DNA of 64,000 nucleotides, from assembly GCA_050273025.1 (NCBI GenBank), contig CP158636.1:1612001-1676000 (forward strand), in the 5' to 3' direction. The DNA comes from Cenococcum geophilum. Its lineage: Eukaryota. The notes below the pieces were generated by a model. The model did no database searches. It was not told the DNA's origin and saw only the letters and a list, made by a program, of their open reading frames with translations. The translations under genes and the position numbers were made by a program. Shown piece by piece: positions 13,378 through 26,500 of the stretch. The first letter of the stretch is position 1, and each line of letters opens with the position of its first letter.

Positions 13378-15078
13378 ATAGACCGAGCCAGCTAGGTACT
13401 AGCGTAAGGCCTCCCTTTAAATATACCTAGGATATATACTGCCTTAGCAGAATAAGGCGATATTCTGCTCTCTATACTTCACCATTATAATTATAGACGA
13501 CACTTGAGAGAGGAACTAGCCTAAAGCTAGTAATACCTCACCCTAGAGGAAGAGAAAGCTATCGTTAAGTTCTTATTACTAATGGCTAATCTTAGGCACC
13601 CTGTACGAATTAAGTTTATACATTCGCTAGCCTTTAGTATTGCCCGCTATCGGTCTATAAATATACTAATTAAGCCTCTAGGCAAGAACTAGCCTCGGGC
13701 CTTTAAGAAACGCCATCTAAAACTTAAAGCGAGGCGAGTTAAGGCTATTGACTGGAAACGCTATAATAGTTATATATATGATAAGGTTACAGAGTAGTTT
13801 AAAGTAGTTAGCAAAGTACTATAGGAGCTGGCTATTTTGCTAGAAAATTATTATAATATAGACGAGACGGGAGTCCTATTAAGTATACTAGGCTCTGTTA
13901 AAGTCCTTATAGGTAAGGATAATATATAAGACTATAGAGGTGCGGGTGTTAAGCGGACAATGGTAACTGCTATTAAGTATATCAGTGCTAACGGTAGGTC
14001 GCTACTACTACTTATAATCTAGCTAGCTTTAACCTACTAAAGCAACTAGACTATATACCCAACTCCTAAATAGTATTACGGATATTCTAAAAACAGATAT
14101 AATGACTTAAAGATCAGCTTAAAGTGGCTTACGCGTGTTTTTAATCCCTAAACTAAAGAACTAGCTAATGAGAAACTACGGGTTCTAATATATAACGGCT
14201 TTGGGACATACGAAACCCTTGAAATTTTAGAGTTTTGCTTTAAGAATAACATTATCCTATATTGTCTTCCCTCTTATACCTCCTATAAGCTCTAACTATA
14301 TAACGTTGGGGTCTTCGCACCCTTAAAGACAGCCTATCGCGACTAGGTTAAATGACTAAATCGAGGAGGCGTAGATATAGTCGGTAAGGAACATTTTACC
14401 TCTTTATACAAGCTTGCACGGGATAGAGCGTTAACTAAGAGGAATATTATAGCCGGGTGGGCTGTAACTGGTTTGTTTCCGTTTAACCTAAAGAGAGTAC
14501 TTAGAGGAATATAAAAGCCCCCGCCCCTAATTAAACTTACTATTCCGAAGGCTAATGAGGTAGCAGGATCTAGTATGCAAGACAAAGTACTATAAATGCC
14601 TGTAACGCTAGTAATAATAAAGGCTCTTATATTGTTGCAAAACCTAATTAAATAGGATACTTATACGCTTAATAAGATAAGTAAATAGCGCCTATAAAGG
14701 CATGTATAGAAGCTCGCAAGTACCGCCTAAATATCATTTACTAAATGTACCTTTCTTTAGGATCGAAATCGATTCCTATCTAAAATAAATAATAAATTAA
14801 AAGTTCGCCAATTAACCAGGTCAGTAGTCCTAGGGAAGGCAAAGGTAATAAGCTTTAAGGATCTCAGCAAGGCACGAGCGAAGCGTAATGCTAAAGAGAA
14901 AGCTATTATAAGTAAGGGAAAACGCGGTTATAGGCGTAAGAGTCCTGCGCTAGAGGTAGAGGCAGAGGTAGAGGCGGGTTCATTAATGCTAAAGGACAAA
15001 GTAGCACGGATTAGCGAAGTCGAGCCAGCAAAAGCCCTAGGGGTGCTATAAAGGGCACTAGTGGCGAAGATATATTAG
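13378..15078 (+). pseudogene. pogo/Fot1-family DDE transposase (Tc1/mariner superfamily), RIP-inactivated
   Basis: Motifs YLTLEEEKAIV, GKN*PRAFKKRH, YNIDETGV, VTAIKYISANG, RVLIYNGFGTYET, LPSYTSYKL*LYNVGVFAPLK, GWAVTGLFPFN. Confidence 0.93.
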
Positions 15079-15080
15079 GA

Positions 15081-15330
15081 CAATATTATAACCGCTAGTA
15101 ATTGCGGCTTTACCCTTATACGTTTCTAATACTGTCTATAAGTAGGGGTACTAATATAAGTTTTAGCATTCTAGCTACGAATACGCCATAGCCCAAAGTA
15201 CGTAATTTATTACTGTACTAAAGAGTACTTTTATTACAATTCGCAGCCCATAAGGGTATGGCCTAAGCAGGTTGGCCGCCCTCCCTACTAGCGTAATTGA
15301 GGTGTTTATCCGCTTCCCTTAAGACCTAAG
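15081..15330 (+). repeat. ~250-bp internal inverted repeat, arm 1
   Basis: Reverse complement of 22117-22203 joined to 28020-28184. Confidence 0.85.
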
Positions 15331-15549
15331 TATAGCAAATCTTTAAGCTTTAAGGTAGCTTTATTACTAGCCATCTTTATTACTAATCTAGAGGATTCTA
15401 GAATCTTCGCCTAATACTATAGTAGGTTGCCTAACTATATATTCACGCTTATCCCTAGACTACTATAAAGAAAAATAATAATAAATAATTAGATGTAGGC
15501 AAAGTGCAAGTATATCTTTTTATATTTATAACATTAAAATATCCTAGCG

Positions 15550-18500
15550 AATATTAAATTCTATAACTTTTACTATACTAAAAGGAAGACCAAGTATAAT
15601 AAGATTATCTTAAAACGCTAAATAAGAAGGCCGATACTCTAGAGGGAGCTAAAGTAGCTTTAATTTTTTAAGAGTAATCTAATTGCCCTTAATGGAAAGG
15701 GTACTATTATAGTTTGGTTTTACAGCCTATAGATTACCATTAATTATAAATAAGCCTTTGTTAGTGTAAAGGTATAAATTATCTTTAAAAAACGCTAGAG
15801 TAGAAGTAAAGCAACTCTTAAAAGTGTATAAAGCGGCGCCTGTCGCTGCGTCCTATACCTATATAGTTCTATTACCCAAGGCTAATATAACTAGCTTACT
15901 ATCTAGCAAGAAGGCTATGACCTTAACCCCCCTAGTATAGCCCTCGAGCGTCTATATAGCGGCACTTATCGCTATGTTCTATACCCGCATGGTGCTATTA
16001 TATAAGGCCGATGTGACTAGCTTGCTATCCGGCAAGAAGGCCATAATATTAACCCCCTTAGTATAGCCCTCGAGCGTCTATATAGCGGCGCCTATTGCTA
16101 TATCCTATACCCATACAGTTCTGTCGACCGAGGCTAATATAATTAGCTTGCTATCCGGTAAGAAGGCCACGGCATTAATCCAGTGGGTATAGCCCTTAAG
16201 CGTCTATATAGCGGCGCCTGTCGCTATATTTTATACCTATATAGTGCTATTACCTAAGGCTAATACGATTAGCTTGCTATCTGGCGAGAAGGTCACGGTA
16301 CTAGCCTAGTAGGTATTGCCCTTAAGCGTCTATATAGCGGCGCCTGTCGCTATGTTTTATACCCGCACAGTTCTATTATACGAGGCCGATACGACTAGCT
16401 TGCTATCTGGCGAGAAGGCTATGGTATTGACCTAGAAGGTATGGCCCTTAAGCGTCTATATAGTGGCGCCTATTGCTACGTTCTATACCCGCATAGTGCT
16501 GTCGCCTAAGGCTAATGCGATTAGCTTACTATCTGGCGAGAAAGCCACGGTACTGGCCTAGTAGGTATGGCCCTCAAGCGTCTATATAGTGGCGCCTGTT
16601 ACTATATTCTATACCTATACGGTTTTGCCACCTAAGGCCAATACGACTAGCTTACTATCTAGCGAGAAGGCTACGGTATTGACCTCCGTAGTATAGCCCT
16701 CGAGTGTCTATATAGCGGCGCCTATTGCTATATCCTATACCCACACAGTTCTATCGCCTAAGGCTAATACGACTAGCTTGCTATCCGGCGAGAAGGTCAT
16801 GGTATTAACCTCCTTAGTATAGCCCTCGAGCGTCTATATAGCGGCGCCTATTGTTGCGTACTATACCTATATAGTACTATCGCCTAAGGCCGATATAACT
16901 AGCTTATTATCCGGCGAGAAGGTCATAGCATTAACCTCCCTAATATAGCCCTCGAGCGTCTATATAGCGGCGCCTATTACTATATCCTATACCTATATAG
17001 TTCTGTCGCCTAAGGCCGATATGACTAGCTTGCTATCTAGCGAGAAGGTTATGGTATTAACCTCCCCAGTATAGCCCTTGAGCGTCTATATAGCGGCGCC
17101 TATCACTATGTCCTATACCCGTATAGTTCTATTACGTAAGGCTAATGTAATTAGCTTACTATTTAGCGAGAAGGCCACAGTACTAGCCTAGTGGGTATTG
17201 CCCTCGAGCGTCTATATAGCGGCGCCTGTCACTATATTCTATACCCGTATAGTTCTGTCGCGCGAGGCTAATATAATTAGCTTGCTATCTAGTAAGAAGG
17301 TCACGGTATTGACCTAGTAGGTATAGCCCTCAAGCGTCTATATAGCGGCGCCTATCGCTATATCCTATACCCGCATGGTTCTATTACGTAAGGCTGATAT
17401 GATTAGCTTACTATCTAGTGAGAAGGCCACGGTATTAATATAGTTGGTATAACCCTCTAGCGTCTATACTAGCGAGCTCTACTCCTCTACTATTTACGGA
17501 TATCTCTTAATCTAATTGACTATCTCTCCCTTAAACTGCTTGCGAACTAGGCTCCTTTATAGTATAAATACTAGGGCATAGCAATATATTTAAAGAGGTG
17601 CTTCCTTAATAATTAATCGGTTATATAAAAGGAATTGCTTAGCGTTATAGAGAAACGTATAGAGACCGCGATTATTATAAAACTAGAATAATCTTACTAG
17701 TTATCTATATTAATAGGCTTAGAATGTAGCTTACGTTAGCTATAAACTTTAATAATGCTATAGCGCGAATTCCTTTTAAACTCTATTCAATCTAGCTAAG
17801 AGCCTCAACCTAATAGAGTAGATGGTCCCGTAAAAAGTAATACATTATACCATCGTCCTAGAGCTAATGTTCGCTATGCTAGAGATAATTAACCTAGTAT
17901 CTATAAGTATACTAAAGCTCTACCGGAAGGCAACGCGCGAAATTATAGGGTGGGACTTATACTGCTCTAGCGCCGGGATCCTATAGGCTATTAATATCTC
18001 TTTAGAGCTTCTTAGATATAAGCCGTATATAATAATTTGCTAGCGCTTTATACGCCTTCTTTTTATTAACCTAAAAGTATCTATTACTGCATCTCTGCGA
18101 GTTAAGGAGGAAGTCCTGGAGGGAAAAATAGTAGAGTTAGACTAGTTGGGTTGGATCCTTTAGGATATCTAGAATAAAGTAAAGTCCTCCTAATATAGCG
18201 CTAACGTTTTGCTTAGGTATATATAGCATTTGGATAAAAAAGGGAGTAGGAAGGGGTGAAAAGAGCGTAATAATAGCCCTAAAAGCTTCCCTTAGTATTT
18301 TATAAGCCTTATCTTTCTCGCGCTGCTTTAAATGGCTACTAATTAAGTTTTTAAGAACTTTAGTATAGATATTATTTAGCTCTTCTTTGGGTTTAGTATT
18401 AGAGCTATTATTCTTAAGGATATCTAACAACCGATCTAAACCAAAAAAGTTACCGCTTTTATTAATAAACCGAGAGGCAGTGGCTGCCTAGATAAACAAC

Positions 18501-19502
18501 CCTACGGCCTTCTAAACTAAACGCCTAATAGCTTCCTCTCTTAGCCAATTTTTGCCAAGGGTATATTTCCGCCGAATAACTATAAGGGCGTGTTATAGAA
18601 AAGTAAAAATATTACCATTAACAATAGACTATAATATGTCGTAAAGTATAAAATCCTTATAATCCTGGTTAGGGACGAGTAAAAACCCATATCGGATAGG
18701 TATATTAGGCCTACTTATAATAAATATACGGAAACGCAGTCTGCTTAAGCGTCGGGAATCGCTTAATAGGTAAAGTACCAGTTTTACATCGCTCTCCTTC
18801 TCGTACTTATTTAACGCATTAATTATAATAAGTAAGGGGGCCTGAAACGAGCCAGCTCCTAGCTTAGATAGTGGTTGTAGAACAAGCTCATTCCATTAGT
18901 CTTTTAGGGTCCTACTGCTAATGCCTTTATTGTTTAATATCGCCTCAACAAGTAAAGACTTAAAGGTGGTATACCTCTGCGCTAGCTGTTAAGCAATAGT
19001 GCCAACAAACTTCCCCGCATAATTTACGTCCCCGCCGCCTCTTAAGAAGAAAAAGCTGGCTATAAAGCATTCTTTATTATAGTATTTGCGGGCGATCGTG
19101 TAAGCGATAGTTAACTTCCCTATCCCCGCCTAACCGCTCAGCTAAAAGATATATCTTAGGTTATCTCTATCTGCCCACATTTATATTTGCTAGAGGACTT
19201 AAATTTAAGTATTAGGGAGGTAGTAGGGGTCATTGTCTTTTCTAAGAGCATTAAAGGCCGCTTAAGGCGCGTTAGCTAACCCTATTTTTAATTTATAATG
19301 GGGTAATACAATAACAAGGCCTATATTAAAAGAAGGTTAGCTAAAGCGCTTCGCTTATAGAAGTTAAACAACATAGCGGAGGAATAGATGGCTCGCTATT
19401 ATAGATATCGCGCCTAGTATTGCCTGTGCCTTGCTAAACTATGTCAGCCGTAATAGCCTTATTTTTGAAGCTTTTAGGCCAAACGGCTTAAAGGTAGGCT
19501 AT
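15550..19502 (-). pseudogene. NACHT-WD40 (NWD / HET-E-like) fungal NLR with a short N-terminus and no fused effector domain, RIP-inactivated
   Basis: Walker A IF*LSG*AGIGKLT (~19110-19150), ASFFFLRGGGD, Walker B IIINALNKYE (IIDALDECE), YLFVQ-like helical region, WD40 array, and C-terminal L*LPLEYRPS. Confidence 0.92.
15830..17470 (-). repeat. Highly conserved WD40 array, 13 units of 126 bp
   Basis: cgtctata recurs every 126 bp from 15949 to 17461. De-RIPed, a unit reads QTLEGH....AV.FSPDSKLV.SAS.D.TVRVWD..TGAA. Confidence 0.95.
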
Positions 19503-19580
19503 TATATGCCGTATAGGGCGTTATAAGGACCGATAGTTCTGCACTAGTAGGAGGACGAAGATGGGAAGAAGGGTAACCTA

Positions 19581-19963
19581 TAAAGGTCGCTAATAAAAGC
19601 TCTTGTATCTTCCTAATTAGGAAAGTAATTTACTAACTCTCTTAGTATATTAATAAATAAATAATTTTTTTTATATAAAAATTTGCGAGCTTTATATAAA
19701 TTCTAAATTAAAATTATTATATAATTAATAGTATTATAGTAGTTATTATAGCTTGAAATTTTTTAAAATTTATTAGTACTATAATTTACGCAGCTGGTAT
19801 TACGGCCTACGTAGTAGTGCTAAAAATTATGTATTTATAAGTTAGCGGGATCGTGCCTAAATTTACATAGGGTAGGCCGATAGCTGCGCACCCGTAATTA
19901 CGCGTGCGTAGTCGTATACTTTCCTAATTAGGAAGGTATAAGAACTTTTATTAGCGACCTCCG
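19581..19963. mobile_element. MITE with ~46-bp TIRs and TA TSD
   Basis: TA|taaaggtcgctaataaaagctcttgtatcttcctaattaggaaagt ... actttcctaattaggaaggtataagaacttttattagcgacctccg|TA. Confidence 0.88.
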
Positions 19964-20082
19964 TAGCAAGGATATATTAGTAAGGTAGTTAGCTGTCCCA
20001 AGACACGTCCAAAATTGCTAAAGTAGGTCGATCGCTAGGATCGCTACTAGGCTCAAAACCTTATCTATATTAACTTCTCCCC

Positions 20083-20346
20083 TATTAACGGAAAATTACG
20101 TAGTAAGGCATACTGCACCTAAGTATTAAGATAAGTAATTTAGTGCTTCCCCTTAATTAAGACCTCTACCTGATTTAATACCTCCTCTATATAATAAGAG
20201 AGGACTTATTAGGTAATTAACCCCATCTTATATATAAATATTAGTAAGACAGCTTATAAAAATAAATGAGGATCTCTTAACTCGAGGTTTACCCTTTAAC
20301 TACTTGCGATTATATAATTATTATGTGCACGCGCTAGTCGTTAATA
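20083..20346. mobile_element. Solo LTR family A, copy 2
   Basis: Homologous to 11372-11643. Perfect TSD tcccc at 20078-20082 and 20347-20351. Confidence 0.88.
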
Positions 20347-20479
20347 TCCCCTAGCTATTCCCTACTAAAACTCTAGATTTCTAGTTATATTTCTAAGTAT
20401 ACTTTAGAAGAAAAAGGTATTAGAGGATATGACGTTCCTAATTAAAAACTAAGCATAACTAACTTAACACAAATATTAC

Positions 20480-21794
20480 AGCTAAGGAGTCCTTATATTA
20501 CTAGCATTTCATATAGAACTATATACTACCCTAAATCATTATAGCCCGATCTATCTTTATCAGCGGTTACCTAGCCCTTAGTCTTCTATAGAGGTTCTAC
20601 TCTCTATTAATCCAATCTCTTAAATATTAATATAGTAGCAAACCCGGCATCATTGGACCGCCTATATATTTCCTCCTTAGTTAACTCCTTAATCCCTTGC
20701 CTGATCCAATTATTTAGAACTCCTTTGACGCCAATAAACCCCGCATTATTTACACTGGTAAACTTCGTCATATCCATATAGTTTGCGTTAATACTATAAT
20801 TGGGGTACGGCAGTATAGTCGTAGACTCTTTAGGTACTAGTGAGTCACCGTTACTATACTATAAATCCGACTATATCTATAGGGACAGTCTTATAGAAGT
20901 AAAAGATCTTTACGTAATTAAGCGCTCCATTAGCTGTTAATTAACACTAGAAGACCTCCTTAACACCCCTAAGTACTTCCGATTTCTACTTTAGCACCAA
21001 AAGAATACCCTTATTTATTATCCAGAATCGATTTAAAAGTCTTGCGAGAGTATATCCCTATATTATAAGGTACGACCCTGTATAAGGTATGCCTATAAAG
21101 ATTATACCTACTATATAGTAAGCAATACTGCGGAGACGGGGCTTATTTAGTTCTAGAGAGATAAGAAGGGCTTATTAGGTGACCAAACCGCCGAGGCTAT
21201 ATAAAATAAAAAAGATAAAACGCTTGACTTTGTTTAGTCGGCTGTTGGAGATGGCATATATAAAAGCTTTTCTATAGCTACAAAGGCCTTCTCTACTCGC
21301 ATTCTCCTAGAGGCCTATGACATTGGCGTTATAGCCATAAGTAATAACTCACGCAGTGGGAAATTAAGTAAGTATTAGGTCTGGCGTAAATATGCTGTTT
21401 AAATGCGACTAAGTAGACTCCTAGTCGCCAGTTAAGCCGTAAACGAACTAGATGCTAGAAATGCCATTAAGTAATTGCATTATTTCCAGTTTTAAGAGGA
21501 GATATTACTCTATCTTAGCGTTTACTAGATTTGAGATTGTCTAGATACCAAATTGGCCATCCGTTAATTTACTATAAGAACGTCAACGATAAACTCTAAG
21601 CGACGGCGCTAGTTTACATATAGATTCTTAGGGAATGCTATTGAGGGTGTTAAAGATGGGGCTGCGGGCACTAATGGTTAAGATGGCGTAGGCATCAAAG
21701 TAGTGCTTATATTATTAGTCGTAGCAATATCCGTAGACGACGCGGGCGGCTTGTCTTTACTCTTATTCTTAGATAATCTAAGTAAGGGAAATAT
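20480..21794 (-). pseudogene. SesB-like alpha/beta-hydrolase (lipase-like NLR effector type), RIP-inactivated
   Basis: De-RIPed motifs FVHGLTGDRESTW, ARVITYGYNANV, HSLGGLV, FIGIPYTGS (F.GTPH.GS), FYFYKT (.CFYET), SINANYMDMTKF. The 3' end is uncertain. Confidence 0.85.
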
Positions 21795-21951
21795 AATAGT
21801 AAATCTTCGTAATCTGTAAATAAGGTTAAGGTTGGAAGCTAGCGGAGATCTACGCGATAGTTTAGTTAGAGTTTAATTGCCGAAGTGCGCTTTATCCGCG
21901 TCTTGGCATTGCGACGCTTCTAAAATGCTCCAGAACTATAATAAGGTGGCT

Positions 21952-22087
21952 TATACAAGGGGGGGTAGACCCCCCCTACTAGTACGTTAGTAGAATAATA
22001 CAGACCACCCATTTTAAAAGAGACTTACTTATTTTGAAAACATACTAGCAGGGAGGGCATCTGCCCCGTTTATAGTACCCCCTTATA
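21952..22087. repeat. Small imperfect palindrome / mini-MITE relic
   Basis: tacaagggggggta...cccctactagta pairs with tactagcagggagggc...tacccccttata. It shares the ccct(a/g)ctag core with the 250-bp IR. Confidence 0.5.
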
Positions 22088-22399
22088 ACACTCTTTAAGC
22101 TTAAAGATTTACTAACCTTAGGTCTTAAGCGGACAAACACCTCAATTACGCTAGTAGGGAGGGCGGCCGACCCGCTCCGACTATGCCCTTATGGGCATTA
22201 TATAAGCCCTAATAGCTACTTCGACCCCTAAACGCGTATTAGTAACACCACCTCTAAACCCACTAGCAGCTTTACTAAGATGTATAAAGAAACTAAGCGC
22301 GAAGGTGTAAGAGGCCTAGCAGTCGCTAAGGACACGAGCCTAAATATTAGTATAGTTTAAACAGTAGACAACCGCACTATAAACTAGACTATAAGCTAT

Positions 22400-23550
22400 A
22401 TAGTATATACTACCTTTATTCCCTATAGCAAGAGTCTCTACCTTACCTAAACGTAAAGGAGGAGGTATTAATTATAATGAATTTTATCAACTTATCGAAA
22501 GCCTTAAAGAAACTATAGTATAGTAAAGCAATATTATTATAAACCAGAATAGCATTATTAAGAGTATTAGAAATAACTTTATAGACATTAAATCGGAATA
22601 GTAAAGCCTTAAAAAGCAAAACGCTAAACTCTAAAAGGCTATTTGGTCCTTGTAAGCGCAACTAAACACTCCCTTAGCTCTAATACAATTATAGGTATTA
22701 ATAGCGGCTAGTGGAGGTATAGTAGGGTTAGAGATAACCTTGCTATAAATAATAAGCGCTAGGAACCCTAAGGAACCTAATTAGTAGCTAGTAATAGACG
22801 TTAGCTAAGCGGGTTTAAAGGTAATAGAGAGGGTAGCTACTACTAAAGTAGTAAAGTAAACTATTATATAAGGTATAAAGGATATTAAGGGGCTTATAGG
22901 AGCTATACTTAAGGACTTCCGCGTATAGCGAATAAGCAATAGCGCGAGCATTATTAGATTCTCGGTAGAAAAAGATAAAGAAGCTGCGTTTAGGTAAACA
23001 ACTGCTTAATAGCTTAAACCGCATATCCTTAGGGCGAGGCTTATTGGACCTAAGTAGTATATGGTTAAGGCGGACTAGGTTAAAGTATTTTTAGCAATGG
23101 ATATTAATAGTAGAAAAGTAAGTAAGTTAGCTATAGAGCGCTTTGGGGTAGAGAATAGGGTAGAGGTATATATAATAAAATAGCTAGGACAACTAAGGCC
23201 ACGCGGCTAGCACGTATTAATAATTATTAAAGTAGTAATAAAGGAGGATATAGAGAAGCTGCTTATATTAGACAACGTATTATTTAGGGGAGGCGCGATT
23301 ATTATATCACTATTTAAGGAGTAACGCACCCCTATAGCATGCTATAAATATAGAAGGTTTAGATATAGGGCTAGAGACTATATGCGACCTAATACGTGCG
23401 AAATATATAGGTGGGAAGGCTATCTCTAGTATAAGACGGTAAATCTATACTGTGTAAACTGCTAGGGTCCTTACTAAGCCTTATACCGTAAATGCCTAGC
23501 ATATAGGAAAGAGATAGACAGGATTCTTATATAATAGCGCTATAAATAAA
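22400..23550 (+). pseudogene. LINE ORF1 (gag-like, CCHC knuckles)
   Basis: 23335-23500 reads ACYKYRRFRYRARDY...CEI...YCVNC*GPY, consistent with RIPed triple CCHC knuckles. Confidence 0.8.
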
Positions 23551-26500
23551 GAACTTTAGATCCTCTAGGTAAATATAAAGAAGTATAGGGAGGCGTAGTA
23601 TACGCTATATAATAATAAAGCACTAATAGACTTCCACTTTATTCTAGGCTAGGAGCCTTACTACTTTCTCTTAAATAGGGAAGTAGTACTAGCTAGCTTA
23701 AATCCCTGGTAAATAAGGTTTATCCTAATAGGTAGGCAGTAACAGTATTCCCTAGTTAGGTTATATATCTAGGCATCTAGAGAGCTGGCAGCTATATAGC
23801 TATAGGTAAATTTAGTAGATATTACGGCGGTAGTAGCGCACGTTAGCTAAAGGAGACTTATAATTATATTAGTATATATTCTAGACAAATATTTAAGGAG
23901 AACTAAGGAAGAGAACCTAGAGGAGCTCTTTAGCAGACTAGAGATAATTAATAGGCTAATCTAAGGTAAACTATTACGCGACCTATATACCAAGGTAGTA
24001 ATTGCAGGTGACTTTAATTAGCACAATCTGCTATAGGGAGGAAGTTATATTAGTACTATATTAACGTAGGAAGAAAGCGCACCAATTATTAACTTTATGG
24101 CGGACTAGTTACTCTAGAGCCTACTTCTAATAGGAATACCTATGTTTAAAAGTAACGCGGGGTAAACATTAACAATTAACCTTATGCTTATAACCCTAGG
24201 CCTAGTAAGTAAACTAGTAAAGTACGCTATCTAGGAGTATAAGTACGGATTAGACTATAGAGCTATCTATACTAGCTTCTAGGTCGATATAGATACGTAG
24301 AAAAGCCAGGAAAGGCTACTTATTAAAAATGTAAACTAGGACAAGATATAAAAAGATATAGAGCAATAGAAAGAAATAGGATTCCCTATAAAAGATATAG
24401 ACGAAATAGTTAACTACCTTAATAGGTAGGTTAATAAAGCCCTTAAAGCACACTACTAACGGGCTAGACTATTACTATATATAAAAAGATAGTAGAACGA
24501 AGACCTTATAACGCTAAGGAAGTTATATATATACTAGAGGAATAGAAATAGCGCAATATAGAGGTAAAAAAGGGACGACCCTAAGCTATGTAATATTGCA
24601 GTAAGAGCAAAGAAGCTCTTTTATAGGACTATTTAGCGATATAAAAAGCTCTATTAGGACGAATTCCTTAGTAATAGTAATAATATATAAAAAGCGTTAA
24701 AATACCTTAATCCGTAGGCTATATCCACGTTTACTAGAATACCGCTAATTAAGAAGAATAGAGGATAGGGAGAAGTTATTACGGAGAACTATAATATTGC
24801 AAGAGAACTACTCTAGGTATTCTTTCCGGTCCCGCCGCCGTGCGAATAAGAGGAGAAAGCTATAACTAGCTATAACTAATTGCTATAGAAGCCCATCGCC
24901 AAACACAAGGTTAAGGCAGCTATATTTAGGGCTAGCCTAGATAAGGCTTCTAAAAGGGACGGCCTACTAACTAGGGTATAGTAAGAGCTGTAGCCCGTAC
25001 TAAGTAGTAAAATTACTACTCTCTTTACCAAATTACTTAAAATAGGAAAGGTACCCTAGGAATAAAAGGTAGTAAAGATTATACCACTATAGAAGCCGAA
25101 GTGGGGGGACTATACGGTAGCAAATAACTATAGGCCGATCTCCCTCCTCCTAACGCTAGGAAAAGCACTTAAATCGCTAGTAGCGGAGAGGATAGCATAC
25201 CTAGTAGAGGAATATAGCCTATTACCTAAAACGCACTTTAGAGCTAGGAAGCAAAGGTTAATAATATATACGCTATTATATCTCTATAAGGACGTATTTA
25301 GAGTATAGAAAGGAAAGAAGACGCTATCTCTAGTATTATTTAATATTAAGGGTGCGTATAATAATATAGCCATAGAGCCGGAAATTAGGAGATTACGGCA
25401 GCGTTAGATACCTTAGACGATTATATAATAGGTATAGGACTTTTATATAAACTGTTAAGCCTATATCCTAGTTAACGGATATATATTAGAGGTATAGGCG
25501 CTCCTATAGGCAGGTTTCCCGTAGGGATTAGCACTAGCCCTAATACTCTTTCTATTCTTTAACGCGGATCTTATATAAAGCGCACCTAGAAATGGCAGCT
25601 CTATAGCCTTTGTTAATAACTACTTGGCATAGGTTATAGGCTCTATAGTAGAGGAAAACACGTAGATTATCTAGGGCGAGATTATACTAATGCTTAAGAA
25701 ATGGGAGAGGACTAGTGGAGCCCAATTTAAAGTAAAGAAAACATTATTTATCCACCTTACTAGATATAAAGAAGCAGGTAGGGATACTACCACACCGCTC
25801 CAATTTAAAGGAAAAGGGATCCCCCCGACTTAGAAAGTTAAAATCCTTAGGGTAATCCTTAATAAGGAGCTACGATTTAAGGCGTATTTAGCAGATAAGG
25901 CAGGCAAAGCCACTAAGGTAGCGCTAGCGTTATGTAGATTAAAGGGACTATAGTCTAAGAGCGTTAAGCAGCTAGCTAAGAGCTTAATTCTACTAGTAGT
26001 AGACTATATATTACTAATATAGTACCCGCTTACAATATAAGAGTTAATATAGCTCCTCTAGCAGGCGCAAAGGATTACAGCACAAGCTATTATTAAGGGG
26101 TTCCGCTCCGTTACCCTACTAATAGCAGAAGTAGAAGCTGGCTTACTCCCTCTTAAGTAAAGGCTACATAACTAGGCTATCGCGTTCTGGGTATTAATCT
26201 ATAAACTAGGCAAATTATATCCCTATTAAATAATTTAAAGATAAAGGCTCTATAAATAGTACTAATCGCCGCTCTAAAGGATAGTAGAGATATATAAGGA
26301 TGTCTAGGTAAATAGGGTGCTAGAGGTTAAACTATATATATACCCGCCGTAGGTGGCTAAGCCCAATATAGTAATATATAAGGATAAAGATTATGCTTAA
26401 GCTATTATTAAAGACTATAAGCTAGGGTAGGTTAATATATACGTTAATATATTAGTACGCAATAATAGGGCAGGAGTTAGTGTATATACTACGCCATTTA

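Noticed and set aside
11372..20346. Family A LTRs as the two ends of one 9-kb LTR retrotransposon
   Set aside because: Each copy has its own different 5-bp TSD and no gag/pol lies between them.
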